NCBI RefSeq assembly: GCF_037042905.1
Contig: NC_087246.1
Coordinates: 9,798,001 to 9,862,000, forward strand
Direction of reading: 5' to 3'
Source of the DNA: Lytechinus pictus
Taxonomy: Eukaryota
Length of the DNA stretch: 64,000 nucleotides
Below, piece by piece: positions 51,001 through 62,578 of this stretch (positions are counted from its first letter, which is position 1; every line of letters starts with the position of its first letter). The notes under the pieces were generated by a model. It saw nothing but the letters and a program-made list of their open reading frames with translations, was not told where the DNA came from and did not search any database. Made by a program: the position numbers and the translations under genes.

Positions 51001-54000
51001 TACAGTTACAAAATATGAAACGTTTTGCCCATGCATGGATAATCAGGGACTATCTCCAATGCTGATGTCAGAAATGATTTGCATAGAATGGGGATTTAAG
51101 TGCTTATCGACGTTTGCCACGTCAGAACAGTATGACATTTTGAATTTGAAAAGACATTCATTAGAATTTTGTTTGTTTCTGTTGTTACGCTTCTTCTGCT
51201 TAATACACTCCTTGTTCTGACAGGAATTACTTGAAACTTATGATGACTGTGCTCTCTCGCGTCGTCCGTGTATGTAAATGTACACAAATAAATGTTTATG
51301 AAAGGATATTGCATGAAAAATGTAATTTCTGGTATTTTGAGTCAATATAAGCGTAATACGTAATTTAATTGATCAGACATGAAAACCACATTCCGAAGCG
51401 ATCGTTTTGCGCGTAGATTTCATAGGTTCTCATAAATTATGAGTATAGTCTTTCGTAGTGAATTCTATGTTTAATTCTCAAGAAATTTATTTTTGAGTGC
51501 TCTTAGAAACGCAACTTTTATACTCCATTTTTACACAAAGTCCTTACCGTGGGGGGTCCCACACCCTCTCCCGCTTGATCGCTTCAGTATCTCACGCTGT
51601 CAAAAATATTGTGCCCCCTTTCGGGATTTCCCCCCCCCCCCTAAAACTGAAAGTGTTCCGGCGCGCCTGAAGATGAACACTTTCCTTCTTGCTGCAAGAT
51701 GTAGCATCTCACACTGCCGACAACAGACTTAACCTTATCTAGGCTGGGGTAGTTTGGAAGGTCATATGGCTGGTGAATGGGGGTCGACCGCGCTAAAAAT
51801 TGGCACGTATGTTGTCTAGGACACAATCTACAAAATTGTATATTAATTTATTTCATATAAATTGCTAATTATTCATTATGCTAATTTATGCGTGATTAGT
51901 ATGCAAAATCACACTTTTTCCTGTAAATTGCTAAATAAACTTCAAATATCCTAATTTTTGGTGTAGAAAATCTTTGGCGTTCTTAGCCAAATGTATGTGA
52001 TAGAAATTGCGATATCGGATATTTCTTATGTATTTCGTTGTTTTTTCAACCTGTTGTTCTTCTATTCATAGGTTTATTCAATGAACTTTGGACTTTTCAG
52101 ACCAGAAACTTCATAAAATAGATTCATTAAGACCACCAAAAGTAAAAATCATACATTATGATTTTTGGTTGAAAACACAATTTGCATTGACTTGTACACA
52201 AAATCACATTTTTGAGCAATTTTGGGTCTGACAAAATGTTGCGCGGTAATTTCGGAACCGTGTGCGTATACCTGGGTAGCGCAAATTTGATCTAAAAACA
52301 TGCGCAGGACTTAAATACCGTGTTTACACTTAATCGGCATTTGAATCGGCTCGCGGTTCTGAACCGCGAGCCGATGCAGCATCGGCTTTTTCATAGCGTG
52401 TAAACGCGAGTAACTTGCATCGGCTCGCGGTTCAGAACCGGCAATTTGCACCGTGTTTACACTTAATCGGCATTTGGTTCTGAACCAAATGCCGATGCAG
52501 AATCGGATTGCGTTTACACGTTGTTACAGCTCGCGGTTCAGAACCGCGATCCGATGCAAAAACCTGAAATGATACGCATACCAACAATATACGTCATAAT
52601 AAAGACAACGCTGGATCAGTGCGCTTACAATTACGTCACAATGGTAGAGTAATTGAAATGCGCACAAATTGCCGGTGCAGAATCGGCTTTCTGTTAACAC
52701 GTAGTAAAAAAGCCGATACTGCCAAAAGCCGAATGTAGAAGTCAGCGAGCGGCGCGTTCAAGAAATTTCGCGCGGGAAAAATATTGCGCAAAATGTTGAG
52801 GGGGCTCCCCTCGCCCTATAAAGGGTTAATCAACGAACGTAGAGGGCAGCAACACACATCAGTTCGTATTAATGATTCAGATTCAAATTCAGATTCATTT
52901 GCAAAGAAATTCCACGTTAAAACAGTTGGGAGACTGATACAAACAAAGGTTGCAAAGTAATCATAAATGTATAGTGACATGTAGCTGATTGATGTAGCAA
53001 AGCAGAGTGGTTTGCTATTATGTTAGGCAGTCCAGTTAATTCTTCTTTGTAAATGTTTTTCATTTTTTGGAAACGGATGTATTTACTTGAGCAAGTAGAG
53101 ATTTATCATTCCCCCATAATTTTCCTTGATTTAGGTGTCATATTAAAAGGCAGAAAATGAACATTCTGGATATGTCATATGATAACGCATTGATGGATCC
53201 CCCCCATATTTTCTGCTATACAATAATTTTTTGCCTTTCCTGCATACATGTATAGCAGTAGTGAGGCATGGACATCGATTTTCCGATGCAAGAAATTGGA
53301 AGTGTCTGATAGTGTGATATAAAAATGTGTTAATATAGGTTAGATTATTGAAGATTTCACTATTACTTTAAAAAATTCCCTTTTTAACGAAACTTGGACC
53401 TAAGCGTAATCAATTTTCAAGGATGATTCTATTACAGTACTCTAAAGGTTTAGAACAATACAAAGATACATTTGGTTCTCATTATAGAGCTGACTAATAA
53501 TGTAAATGCTCTGCCTGCAAGAAAGTTATTCTTTCTTGGATGTGCTTATCAATGCTTTCATTAATTCTATATTAATTGCCAGTGTTCTGAATAGCCTTCA
53601 ATAGCTTCATGCAATATCAGGAAGTGAACATCAATATCAATGTAATACCACACTGTTTTTAACACTGATATATCAGGAATTTGCAGGCCATGATTCTTCA
53701 CATGAAATGCACATCAGTCTTTTGAGAGGTAACAGACTACTGTCCACAGGCTTCACCAGGGAAAGCAGGAGAGAATACAAGTTATTACAGTTGGTAAGTC
53801 CACTGTCCTCAATAGAGCATAATTCTATGATTAGATAAGAAGTCTATATAAAAATGAAAATTGGAATACATTCCTGTTTAGTGGAGAGAATATCCATTCA
53901 TTTTGTGCGGATAATCCTGAATCTGCTGGCTAGAGACATAATAGTAGTACTATCTTGGTTGGAGCATGGAGGTATAGAAAGAAAATGCTCTGACCAAAAC

Positions 54001-57000
54001 AGCGTACTTCTTGGTCGTATTAAGAGAAATAAACTGGGAAGTGTTTTAATCCCAGCTCATTTGCATTGGTCTTTCTTTTGCCATTTTTGAGACTTTGGAT
54101 TCTGAAACTAATTGATGTGATGAGCTATAGCCTCTGTGAGTAAACAAATCTCTTAATTATTGACATGTACTCAGTAAACACTGTTGAAGCTAGCATGTGT
54201 AAGAATATTGTTCATTTTGACAGACTGGAATTTGCGCAGTGCCCTTGTAAAGTTTGATCACAGTTTCTTATGGAACTCAAATTATATATTCATATTGTAT
54301 ACTGAGTGATCATTGGTCTACCCTCTTGCATTCAATGCATATCCTACTTTGTTTAACATTACCTTGTATTTATTTGCAGTTTAGTTTGCTGATGAGCCTT
54401 TTGGTGAAACAGACTGTAAACGGTAAACCTATTCTGGGGCGGTATTCTGAAAGCTCAATTAGCGGTCAATTAGCGCTCAATTTGCATTTTGGTATTCTGA
54501 AAAGTCACTTAAGTGCCTCTTTCCTTATTTGGCAGGGTTGCGTTGCGCGCACTTGCAGCAGTACGCGTTATGACCGCGCGAAGACTTAATTGAGTAGTTA
54601 CGAGACTTTTGGTATTCTGAAAAGTCTCTTAGCGCTCAATTAGCGGACTTTCCAGTAGAGAAAGATAATGGTGATAAGAGGTCCATTAAGTCTCATTTTC
54701 TCTTGCTAAATGTGGCTTTCATTTCGTATAAATATCATCAAATCGGTTTAATACTGCGACCAAAATTAGGAGGAAGCAAGAGAATAAAGGAAAAAGGTAT
54801 AAAAATGGCATAAATGGAAAGAAGGTGGTATATAATAGGTGTCCAAACTTGGCGGACATTTAAACAATATGTTTCAGGCTTAAATTTGTTAAAAAAATAT
54901 TCACAATTTATACAAGTAAAATAAGGAATGGGGACTATATTTGGTAATAAAGAAATAAGAAAAGAGGGAAAAAGAAAACAGAAATTGTGTACTTATAGGG
55001 GAAATATGACTATTATTTTTCTATATTTTCTTTTATTATTAGCATCATAAAGTGTTTTTTTGCACATTATTTTGACAATAATGAGATTGCCAAATCATAA
55101 TAGATGCAGCAATGTTCAGGGGGAATCAAACCTTGCTTCCGACAATGAAAAAATAAGCATTGACCCCTTTGGTACAAAAGAAAAACGATGCCATCGTTTT
55201 CCCCACCTATAAAATCTTAAATACCATAACATTTGTACATCCAATTTCAATAAAATTTCGGCTTTTTTAAAACAATTATGCTTGTTTGATTTTGTAAATC
55301 CATTTATTCAAATCAGCATTTTGTTGAAGAAGATTTCTCATGAAAATGAAAAGTATGTTATTTTTAAAATAAGTAGGAATTAAGTTAAAGAAGAACCCCC
55401 CCCCCCCCATCATGACCCCGAGACAGAGGCAAATAAAATATTGTAAAAAAAAAAAAAAAAAAAAAAAAGAAGCTACAAATGGATTCAAATAAGTGGATGT
55501 GAAAATCAGAACGCGTTCGAAAAAAAAGAGAAAATCACAAAGGTACAATCAATGAGAGAAAGGGAAAAGACAACAGTTAGCTTCAACAACATAATAAACC
55601 TCTAATCTCCGATGCAAATGCTTTAGCATTGTTTTTCAGCAAAAATTCTTTGTATCAATATCGTGGTGCAGTGCACCTGCAGCAGCCGGGCGCTGCGCTG
55701 CAAGCCAGCAAAGTGAAGAGAGTGACACTACGCGCTGGGAGAAAATTTTACGTTGTAAGAGCGCATTTGATTGGCTAATTCGGCTCAGTAGGGGCGTGGC
55801 CTAAAGGGAGTTAATTGAGCGCTAATAGAGTTTTCAGAATACGAATTTGGAGGTACATTAGCGCTCCATTAAATGGGTAACTTATGAGGAAACTTAAGTG
55901 GAAACTTACGAGACTTTTCAGAATACCCCCCCCACCTCTTTTGAAACCGACCACCTTGCGCGCATTAAAATTATTGCGTTTTACAAACGATACGCGCGGG
56001 AGAGTAGGCGCAGTGTCCATAGGAACGGTAAGATCGATTTTACGAGAGAAAAAGAAGGGGAAAAGGTAAAAATTTAGTAGAATTTATCAAAATTGTATTG
56101 ACTAGATCCGAATCCCGCCGATCGTACCAAGAATACGATAGGAAACGGCTTTAGAAAAAATATCCGTCGTCAATTGTCGAATCGCGTGCCGGAGCTCGCA
56201 GTGGAAGTAGTGAGACGATCATTAAGCATGTTGACATCATAGAACTGATTTGAAAGAGTCAAAATATTTCGCCACCGCGTCAAGAATCGGCCGTAAACTT
56301 AGTGTATCGCGGGTGGTCGGTTTCAAAAGAAGGGTGCAAATGAGCAAATGTAAAATCGTCGTGTTCGTTGTTCGCCGATATATACGCGAATTGAATCGGA
56401 GTCGCCGATCGAATCTGATCTGCTTAATTTTCTGCACAAAATTAATGAGACGAGAACTAGGTAAAACTGATAAATATTTTCACAGATACGATGCTTAGAA
56501 CATTAGGTGGTCGATAAGGGGTAGTTCCAACCATACTTTGGTCAATTATATTTCCTACTTACACTCCTATACAGTTAAGCACTGCCAATAATTGCAGTCT
56601 GCACTAAATATTGCTTATATTTAACCTACTAGTATTCTGAAATTATTTCATGTTGGTTGAAGGAAACAAAATATAGGTATAAATTTGTTTTGGTTTTTTT
56701 ATTATTCTTTTCTCTACTTTTTAGAAAGACCATGGTGAACCTGAATGCTTACTACAGGACCAGTTAGACATAGCTGCCGATGGTCCCCTTTATATTTTTG
56801 CTGACCCAGACTTAGACATTGTTTATTTTTTTGCAAAGGCAAGTGGCATGTTTGTGATCATGGTTCTCTTCAACTATTCAAATTAATGTATTGTTTAACC
56901 ATTAAATAAAAAATCAATACAAACAAGCATGGCCTATAAAAAGGGGCCACCAAATTATCAACATTACAAACATACATTATATACAGGAATTATTTGTTAA

Positions 57001-59400
57001 AATTATCAGTTAAAAAAAACAGCATAAAATGAGCTGATAAACTATGCTTGAAGTTCAAAACTCATAACCTGGCTTTCATAAACTCAAATGAATTTTATAT
57101 CTGAAACAAAAAAGTATAGTCTTTGTTTTTCACATAGTTGCAAATTGTGATCAGTCATGCATGAATGTCATCACACCCTGGACAAAAGGCAACACCAGTC
57201 AGATATATATTGTTTAAAATCGTTTGCAATATGCATAATACTGACTGAGATATTAGCAATTGTATATGAATTTTAATGAAAGCATATATATCATCTCGTG
57301 TCTCGGAAAAAAGTATAAACTAAGTCATGATCAATCAAGTATTACACGCTACGCTTCAATAATCAACGTCTGAAAATATGCTTTTTTGCATATTATGATT
57401 CATTCATGCCTGACCGATCACAACTTGCAACTATATGCAAAAGAAAGGCTGTACTTCTCTCTTTCGTATGATATATAATTCTTTTTATTTCATAATAGCC
57501 AGATTAGGGATTGGGGGGTTCCAACATATAGTTTAGAATAGTTAGAATGGTCTGGGGCATACAAGATCTAAGTTTACAAAGAACCCCAATAGATCTTGAT
57601 ATATTTTGTACAAATCGAGTTGAGATAGGGTTTTCGAGATATATTCATTTACATTGACACCTAACAAATTTGATATCAACTCTATCGTTAATATTTCCAC
57701 CAATATGATTTGTATAATATTTAAATAAACTACCCTGCCTCTTCCTCGAAAAATTATATACTTGGTCTTATCAGAATTTAAGTTTATTCAAACAAACCAC
57801 TTATGTAGTTTATCCAATCCTTATTTGCTGATGATAAGATCGTTAATTTTTTGTGTGAGAGTGTAACAAAGGTATCATCAGCTCATAAAAATTGTAAAAT
57901 TGAAGATCAATCAATTATATCATTTATATTAAAAAAAAAGAAAAAAAAAGAGGAGGATCGAGCCTAACATGGACCCATAAGGAATTCCACAGGATATAAC
58001 TTAGATTAGATTTGACACCATCGACCACAACTTGTTGCCTTCTTGGCACCAAAGAACTGGCGAACCACTGTAGTGGAATCCAATTTCCTTATCAAAATGT
58101 GGTAATTGATGGTGTCAAAGGCCTTTGAGAGGTCCATGAATACACTGAATATGGAAGAGGTGTTGTGATATAACATTCTGTTTAGTCCGATGTCCCCTAT
58201 CCCCCAAACACACACACACACCATGTGTTATTGGTGTCCTATTTATTTATTACTCTGCTCTCTTGGGTCGTGCGATTTGTGTCAACCCTCCCCCCCCCCC
58301 AAAAAAAAAAAAAAAAAAAAAAAAGAGCAGCTGCATTGAAATTAGGTCTCTTCTGATAAAGTAATAAGTTATGCATGACTTTGCCAACATAATTTATCTG
58401 GATTGTGTTTGAACAAGGTGGGACTGAATGTCTTATCACCCAAATCATATGTTTATGACTGATAAAGTTAACGACTTCAGATGTATATTAACATCAACTA
58501 ATTTAAATATTATACAAATTGTTGTATTTAAAATCTGATTTAGCACCCAAGATTTTGCTCCAGTCGTGCTTAACATATAAATGTTTATTTATGCTTTTTG
58601 AAGCAGTCAGGTAAATAATCCTCCATTAATCCAATATTTATCTGCTTTTAGGGAGATTGTGTGATCAAGTACTTTGAGGTGACTGATGAGCAGCCTTACT
58701 TTCATTACCTCGACAACTACCTGTCCAAAACTGCTCATAGAGGGATGGGATACATGCCCAAGAGAGGATTAAACGTTAATGCCTGTGAGATTGCTAGGAT
58801 GTATAGAGTGACTCGGGATACTATTGAGCCTGTCTCCATGATTGTTCCAAGGAAGGTAAGTGACTGGTGGGTGCTTGCTGGACAGCAACTTTGCTGTCAA
58901 TTTTTTGGTACAACTCCCGGGTACAACTGGGGATTATTGGACTATTGGGATGTCCCCGATCAGAAAGGGGTTCGTATAACAGGATTCAAAGAAGCAAAAC
59001 ATTGGAAATTTTTATGAAAATTGCACAAAATGAACAGAAATCTACAACATCACACAGTGTTATTTTGATTGTAAAGATTTTAGGCATGCAAAAGATAAAA
59101 ACCGGGCACATGTTTGTGGAAGATTTAATAGCAACATGTATAATTTTTATGATTTTATGACAGAGTGAACTGTACCAAGAAGACATCTACCCTGATACTT
59201 TAGCCAATGAATATGCAGTTCAAGCCTGTGAGTGGCTTGAAGGTAAAGATGGCACACCGAAGTACATGTCCATGCACCAATTTTTCAAAGAAAAGGAAAG
59301 CTCTACCTCAAGCAGGGGAGGCGGCCTTCGTGGCCTAAAAAAGGGCGGATTGAAATCGACAACCCCAGCAACTAGTGCTACGAGTTCTCACAATTCTAAT
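29579..59400 (+). CDS. Coronin (divergent short-type paralog), 3'-incomplete: join(29579..29776,37538..37787,48060..48235,53677..53793,56725..56838,58652..58855,59164..59400)
   Basis: N-terminal VRESKFRQVFG signature, WD40 repeats (WSPFNDNLIAS, WHPLAENVLLS, FATASKDKKIRIY), then PKRGLNVNACEIAR, IEPVSMIVPRK|SELYQEDIYPDT. Frame is continuous across all seven exons. The coiled-coil exon was not found in the window. Confidence 0.93.
29821..30233. mobile_element. MITE
   Basis: 21-bp TIR TAGCCTTGAGGACTCCGTGAT / ATCACGGAGTCCTCAAGGCTA. Possible 7-bp TSD GTTTATT/GTGTATT. Confidence 0.8.
30580..31340 (+). repeat. Diverged ~185-bp tandem units carrying CAAAATGGCCGCC (probable transposon interior)
   Basis: Motif recurs near 30590, 30733, 30922, 31103 and 31293 with similar following sequence. 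Confidence 0.55.
31350..31632 (+). mobile_element. CR1/L2-type LINE ORF2 fragment
   Basis: YKNDIKNTWKIIKEVL...ANTFNNYFSSIGPNLA...SIYFIPTDEAEI, the linker between EN and RT domains. Confidence 0.8.
31818..33328. mobile_element. hAT-type non-autonomous element
   Basis: TIRs CAGCGGCGTAACAGG / CCTGTTACGCCACTG, perfect 8-bp TSD ACTTAACC, internal (TA)n near 31949-31990. Confidence 0.85.
36498..37071 (-). mobile_element. tRNA-derived SINE
   Basis: On -: GTGGCCCAGTGGATTAG (A box), GGGTTTCGAATCCC (B box), CTCGACCCAGGTGAGATGAATGGGTACC body, (TAT)n tail. GCATA is duplicated on both sides. Confidence 0.8.
36521..36766. mobile_element. hAT-type MITE inserted in the SINE
   Basis: TIRs CAATGGCGGCGGAAGC / GCTTCCGCCGCCTATG, perfect 8-bp TSD TATTTACC. 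Confidence 0.85.
37538..37787 (+). CDS. Coronin coding exon 2
   Basis: gtcatag|AAT GGT CGT...AGT GTA G|gtaagt, encoding NGRIALDTP...WHPLAENVLLSVG. Confidence 0.93.
37845..38568. mobile_element. MITE with a nested TIR element (about 37964-38419)
   Basis: Outer GTGTTTCACAAAGATTTAAGT / ACTTAAATCTTTGTGAAACA, inner CACAGGCCTAAT / ATTAGGCCCGTG. Confidence 0.6.
39000..39058. repeat. (TA)n microsatellite
   Basis: Uninterrupted TA run directly 5' of the RLE retrotransposon. Confidence 0.95.
39059..42640 (+). mobile_element. Decayed non-LTR retrotransposon with RT and restriction-like endonuclease (Hero-like, R2 group)
   Basis: ORF pieces 39520-40641, 40894-41454, 41427-41672, 41694-42131. Motifs SAPGPDGI, FRMIALTSCIGK, QKAFL.GISGCVEH, KFLG, knuckle C-x2-C-x7-H-x4-C, QGRFTYRHNSVL, KPD, IELTVPFE, FEVGSRG. 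Has frameshifts, a premature stop and an internal RT deletion. 3' boundary approximate. Confidence 0.88.
43890..47706 (-). mobile_element. Decayed L1/Tx1-type LINE with inverted 5' (endonuclease) segment
   Basis: On - (46770->43890): GERSNKYFL, LNCDYKI, HENQTGYI, ADFTKAF, RGIRQRCP, LQYADDT, VKYLG, then AATAAA and poly(A). On + (46771-47706): APE endonuclease (VLFLQET, SRGVSIF, VNVYVP, DHNAI, GNWKIN). TSD TTACAGTGACTCTT at 43876-43889 and 47707-47720. Confidence 0.9.
48060..48235 (+). CDS. Coronin coding exon 3
   Basis: ttcccag|GC ATG GAT...GAA CAG|gtacat, encoding MDSKLCVWN...FATASKDKKIRIYNGRTGQLEQ. Confidence 0.92.
48477..48717. mobile_element. MITE (CACT-terminated, 2-bp TA TSD)
   Basis: CACTGTAAAAAATATTGGGTAAAG / CTTTACCTGATATTTTTTAGAGGG, flanked by TA. 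Confidence 0.65.
48768..51669. mobile_element. hAT-type non-autonomous element with nested insertions
   Basis: Ends CAAGGGCGCCGGAA / TTCCGGCGCGCCTG, perfect 8-bp TSD AAGATGAA. Nested TIR element at about 49311-49938 (GTCCAAACTTCGCG / CGCGAAGTTTGGAC). Confidence 0.8.
51733..52825. mobile_element. piggyBac-like MITE carrying a hairpin-rich insertion
   Basis: TTAA on both sides, CC.../...GGG termini. Interior resembles the reverse complement of 1336-1910. Confidence 0.65.
53677..53793 (+). CDS. Coronin coding exon 4
   Basis: tatcag|GAA TTT GCA GGC CAT...TTG|gtaagt, encoding EFAGHD...LLSTGFTRESRREYKL. Confidence 0.88.
54436..55932. mobile_element. Non-autonomous TIR element (PIF/Harbinger-like, tentative)
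   Basis: GGGGCGGTATTCTGAAA ... TTTCAGAATACCCCCC, with reiterated subterminal GGTATTCTGAAAAGTC motifs on both arms. Confidence 0.7.
55933..56336. mobile_element. MITE with CAC termini (CACTA/EnSpm-like, tentative)
   Basis: CACCTCTTTTGAAACCGACCACC / GGTGGTCGGTTTCAAAAGAAGGGTG. Confidence 0.7.
56725..56838 (+). CDS. Coronin coding exon 5 (GC donor)
   Basis: ctttttag|AAA GAC...GCA AAG|gcaagt, encoding LDIAADGPLYIFADPDLDIVYFFAK. Joins GDCVIKYFE to give the conserved K|GD. Confidence 0.88.
57540..58160 (-). mobile_element. Highly decayed CR1/L2-type LINE RT fragment
   Basis: VFMDLSKAFDTINYHILIRKL, followed by degenerate GIP.GS.LG and YADDT-like remnants. Confidence 0.75.
58652..58855 (+). CDS. 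Coronin coding exon 6
   Basis: cttttag|GGA GAT...AGG AAG|gtaagt, encoding GDCVIKYFEV...PKRGLNVNACEIAR...IVPRK. Confidence 0.95.
59164..59400 (+). CDS. Coronin coding exon 7
   Basis: atgacag|AGT GAA CTG...TCT AAT|gtaagt, encoding SELYQEDIYPDT...EWLEGKD plus linker. Confidence 0.93.
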
Positions 59401-60825
59401 GTAAGTCTCTCTCGAAAAATTCAATTTTCTTTATTTTTTAATAAATTTATGTGAATGACATAATTATGCCACATCCATTTACTTTTATTTACAGGCAGAT
59501 GGGGGGGGGGGGCTTTTAAAGCACTTGTCTTCAATGTTTATAAAATTTACAAATATATGGTTTCACTTGCAGTGTCCATGCTTTAATTACGACTCGGGTG
59601 ATATAAATATAGTTTGGGAGATATAATGTCCTATCGCTCCGAGGCAAGTCAATATTGCTTTATTCTTATTCGTGCAATGGTGCGAGATTTCGCATTCGGT
59701 GAAAGAAAGAGATACTTTATCTATTCAACTAGGCCTCGTTGAATAGAGCATCTTTCATTCACCTCACGCGAGTTCTCGCACCATCGCACTCATGGCTATT
59801 CGCTATTTTTCCACGGCTTTAGGAGGTGACGTCACAATACGATTCAATTCATTGCGCTCAGTAAAAATAATGGATGTGTAATACGCGTGTGGCCTGTGGT
59901 CTTTGGACAAGGATTTGGATTGTGCTTTTCGCTTTCAATATTTTTTGCTCTTTCATAAATTAATGCAGGGAAAAACTGGATTTTATTTCATCATATTTTC
60001 GCTAAATTCTGAGGTGTTGTTCAACACAAATAGCGAATATTAATATAATTATATGCATTAAATCACGGATGGCTGGCTATGCATACCACTGAATAAAATA
60101 CTTTCAGCCGGGCTGCGGACTAACTGGCACTGTATAACATACGTTGGATCTACCTCGGCTCGATCGACTCACGTTAGCTTGCTCCATGCTACCGATGCAC
60201 GTCGTGTCCGACCGCGGCCGGGTCCCGCCTTGGGGCCATTGCATGCAGGCATGTCCGCATATGGGAATGATACGATGTAATATCGATGTGGCAGATATGG
60301 CAAGTTCCGACTCGGAGTCCTCGTATAAGACACAGTAGAAGTCCGGATCTATTTTAAGTTAGTTGAGCCACATGGCTGATTTGCTTGTTTGTTATATTAA
60401 AACAGTAGTCAAGTACATTTTATTTAAGGCACTTGCCGGCTTAAAACGAAACTCGAATTTCAATTTCATTTTATTTTCCCAGCGTGTTTGTCACATTGAA
60501 GACACCGTTAGAAAAAAATCGCACCGAATAATAAAAAATAGCCAAAAATAAAAAACCAGAGTGATTTCGAACGCGACGCGAACGCGAGTGTTTATAATAA
60601 GCCATTGTAACAGGGCCCTCTGTTAGCGCAGTGCATGTTAGCGCAATGTTACGCTAACAGCGTTTCTGTGCGGCCGATACAGATCTATAGGGCCTGTAAC
60701 ACAAAACTTAGCTATGATTGTAGAACAATTTCCAGTACGTTTGATTCTATTGACTATAATGTACAATCAATCTTAAAAATCGAGTGTATGATTAATGGTT
60801 AACTTTTATGTTACCAGACCCTAAT

Positions 60826-61822
60826 CAGGCGCGGATCCAGGAGGGGGCCGAGCCGGCCCCGGCCCCCCCTATTTTTTGTCAACCTGCAGAAAAAAGTATA
60901 CTTTTTAACTTGATAGAAACTACGAAAAACGGCCGACCCGACCCCGAAAGGAAACAAGAAAAAGGTGAGGGGAAGAATTGAAAAATAGACTTTATATAAT
61001 CATTTGTGCTCGCGTTTCGCGCTCGCATTGCCTGTGTAATGAATCCCATTCAAGAGGATTAAATGACACTTAATATAACCAGTTCTAAAATCAATTTGCA
61101 CACAGTATTCTAGCTCGCACATCAAGCTTTCATTATTATGTTTGATTGACACAAATTGTTAATGTATATCAAAATTTTCAGCTCGCGCTGCGCGCTCGCA
61201 TTGTTTGATTTGTGAGATACCTATCCTCTTTGAAAGTTTTTACCAAAATTTGTCAAAATGCTCCTTTATCATGTAAGTATATCAAAAAATTAAGCTCGTG
61301 CTTCGCGCTCGCATTTAATTGTTTGAGACACACAGCCTGTTCTTTATTTAAATAAAAACGCGCTTAGACTGTTCAATTTTCAGGTCGGAATATCAAAAAT
61401 TTTGAGCTCGCGCTTCGCACTCTCATTATTAAATTGGTGATACTTGTATCCTCTTCATTAATCACTAATCACTAATTGAGTCCCTTTTCACGTTACTATA
61501 ATAAAATTTCGGCTCGCGCTTCGCGCTCGCATTGTTTAGTTGTTCATGAATATAAAAACTGCTCAGAATCTTCAATTCTAAGGACATCAAATATCAAAGA
61601 ATTTTCGCTCGCGCCTCGCGCTAGCATTATATATCAAGACCACATGAGATACCTTAACTTGTTTATAACAATAAAAACTAACATATACTAAAAACTTCAG
61701 TCTTTAGTTAGGACTACCCCCTGAAAAGCCAACAAAAAATCAGATGATAGCGGCCAATCGAGAAAAATGTTGATGAAAATATTTTTCGGCCCCCCTATTG
61801 GAGAAAGCTGGATCCGCCCCTG
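60826..61822. mobile_element. hAT-like non-autonomous element with 5-bp TSD and internal tandem units
   Basis: CAGGCGCGGATCCAG / CTGGATCCGCCCCTG, TSD CTAAT, six recurrences of GCTCGCGCTTCGCGCTCGCA-like motifs. Confidence 0.8.
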
Positions 61823-61933
61823 CTAATGATGCGTCCCTGAGGTTTGCGAAAACTCGCTATTATGACACAACTTTGCAATAATAGGTCACTTTTCAACCAA
61901 ACTTGGATTGTAGATGCACTTAGGGGACCTGTA

Positions 61934-62578
61934 GGGAGAGTGGGGTAATCCCGAACGCGGGGTAATCCCGAACACCTTAATATTTATGGGAGAGGTGAGC
62001 TTCTGCTGTCACGGCATAATATCCGTAACACAGAATGTTGTCTGACTTCCTATGCACGATCTGTTGACTGGTCTCTTCCGATTAAAGAAAAATCGGGAAA
62101 ATGCATATGACAGATTTTCGCTTTTTTTTACGTTTCCTTCATTGAAGAATGAAGAGTGGGGTAATCCCGAACGCGGGGTAATCCCAAACATCTCATTATC
62201 TCCTAGGAGAGGTGAGGTTCTGCTGTCATAATAGCCGTAACACAGAATGTTGTCTGACTTCCCATGCAGGGATCTGTTGACTTGTCTCTTCCGATTAAAG
62301 AATAATCGAAAAGAATCCAAATTACATATCTTTACTTGTTTATGTTTCCACGAATGGCGTTCGCGATTACCCTGTGGCCCGGAAGTGCGGGGTAATCCCG
62401 AAAATCTGCGTTTTGTACTATAAATTCTAAAGGAATGCTTGATGTTGAATAAAGACGTTGTTACAGTCAATATATGGTGTGTTTTTATCTAATTATGTAC
62501 TAGTTTTGGAATAAGGCTCACTTTGATTCTTGTTATCGCTCTGATCAGAAAGGTGTTCGTCATTACCCCACTTCCCCC
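61934..62578. mobile_element. TA-TSD MITE (Tc1/mariner-pogo type)
   Basis: TA-GGGAGAGTGGGGTAAT...ATTACCCCACTTCCCCC-TA, with reiterated GGGGTAATCCCGAA motifs. Confidence 0.75.
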
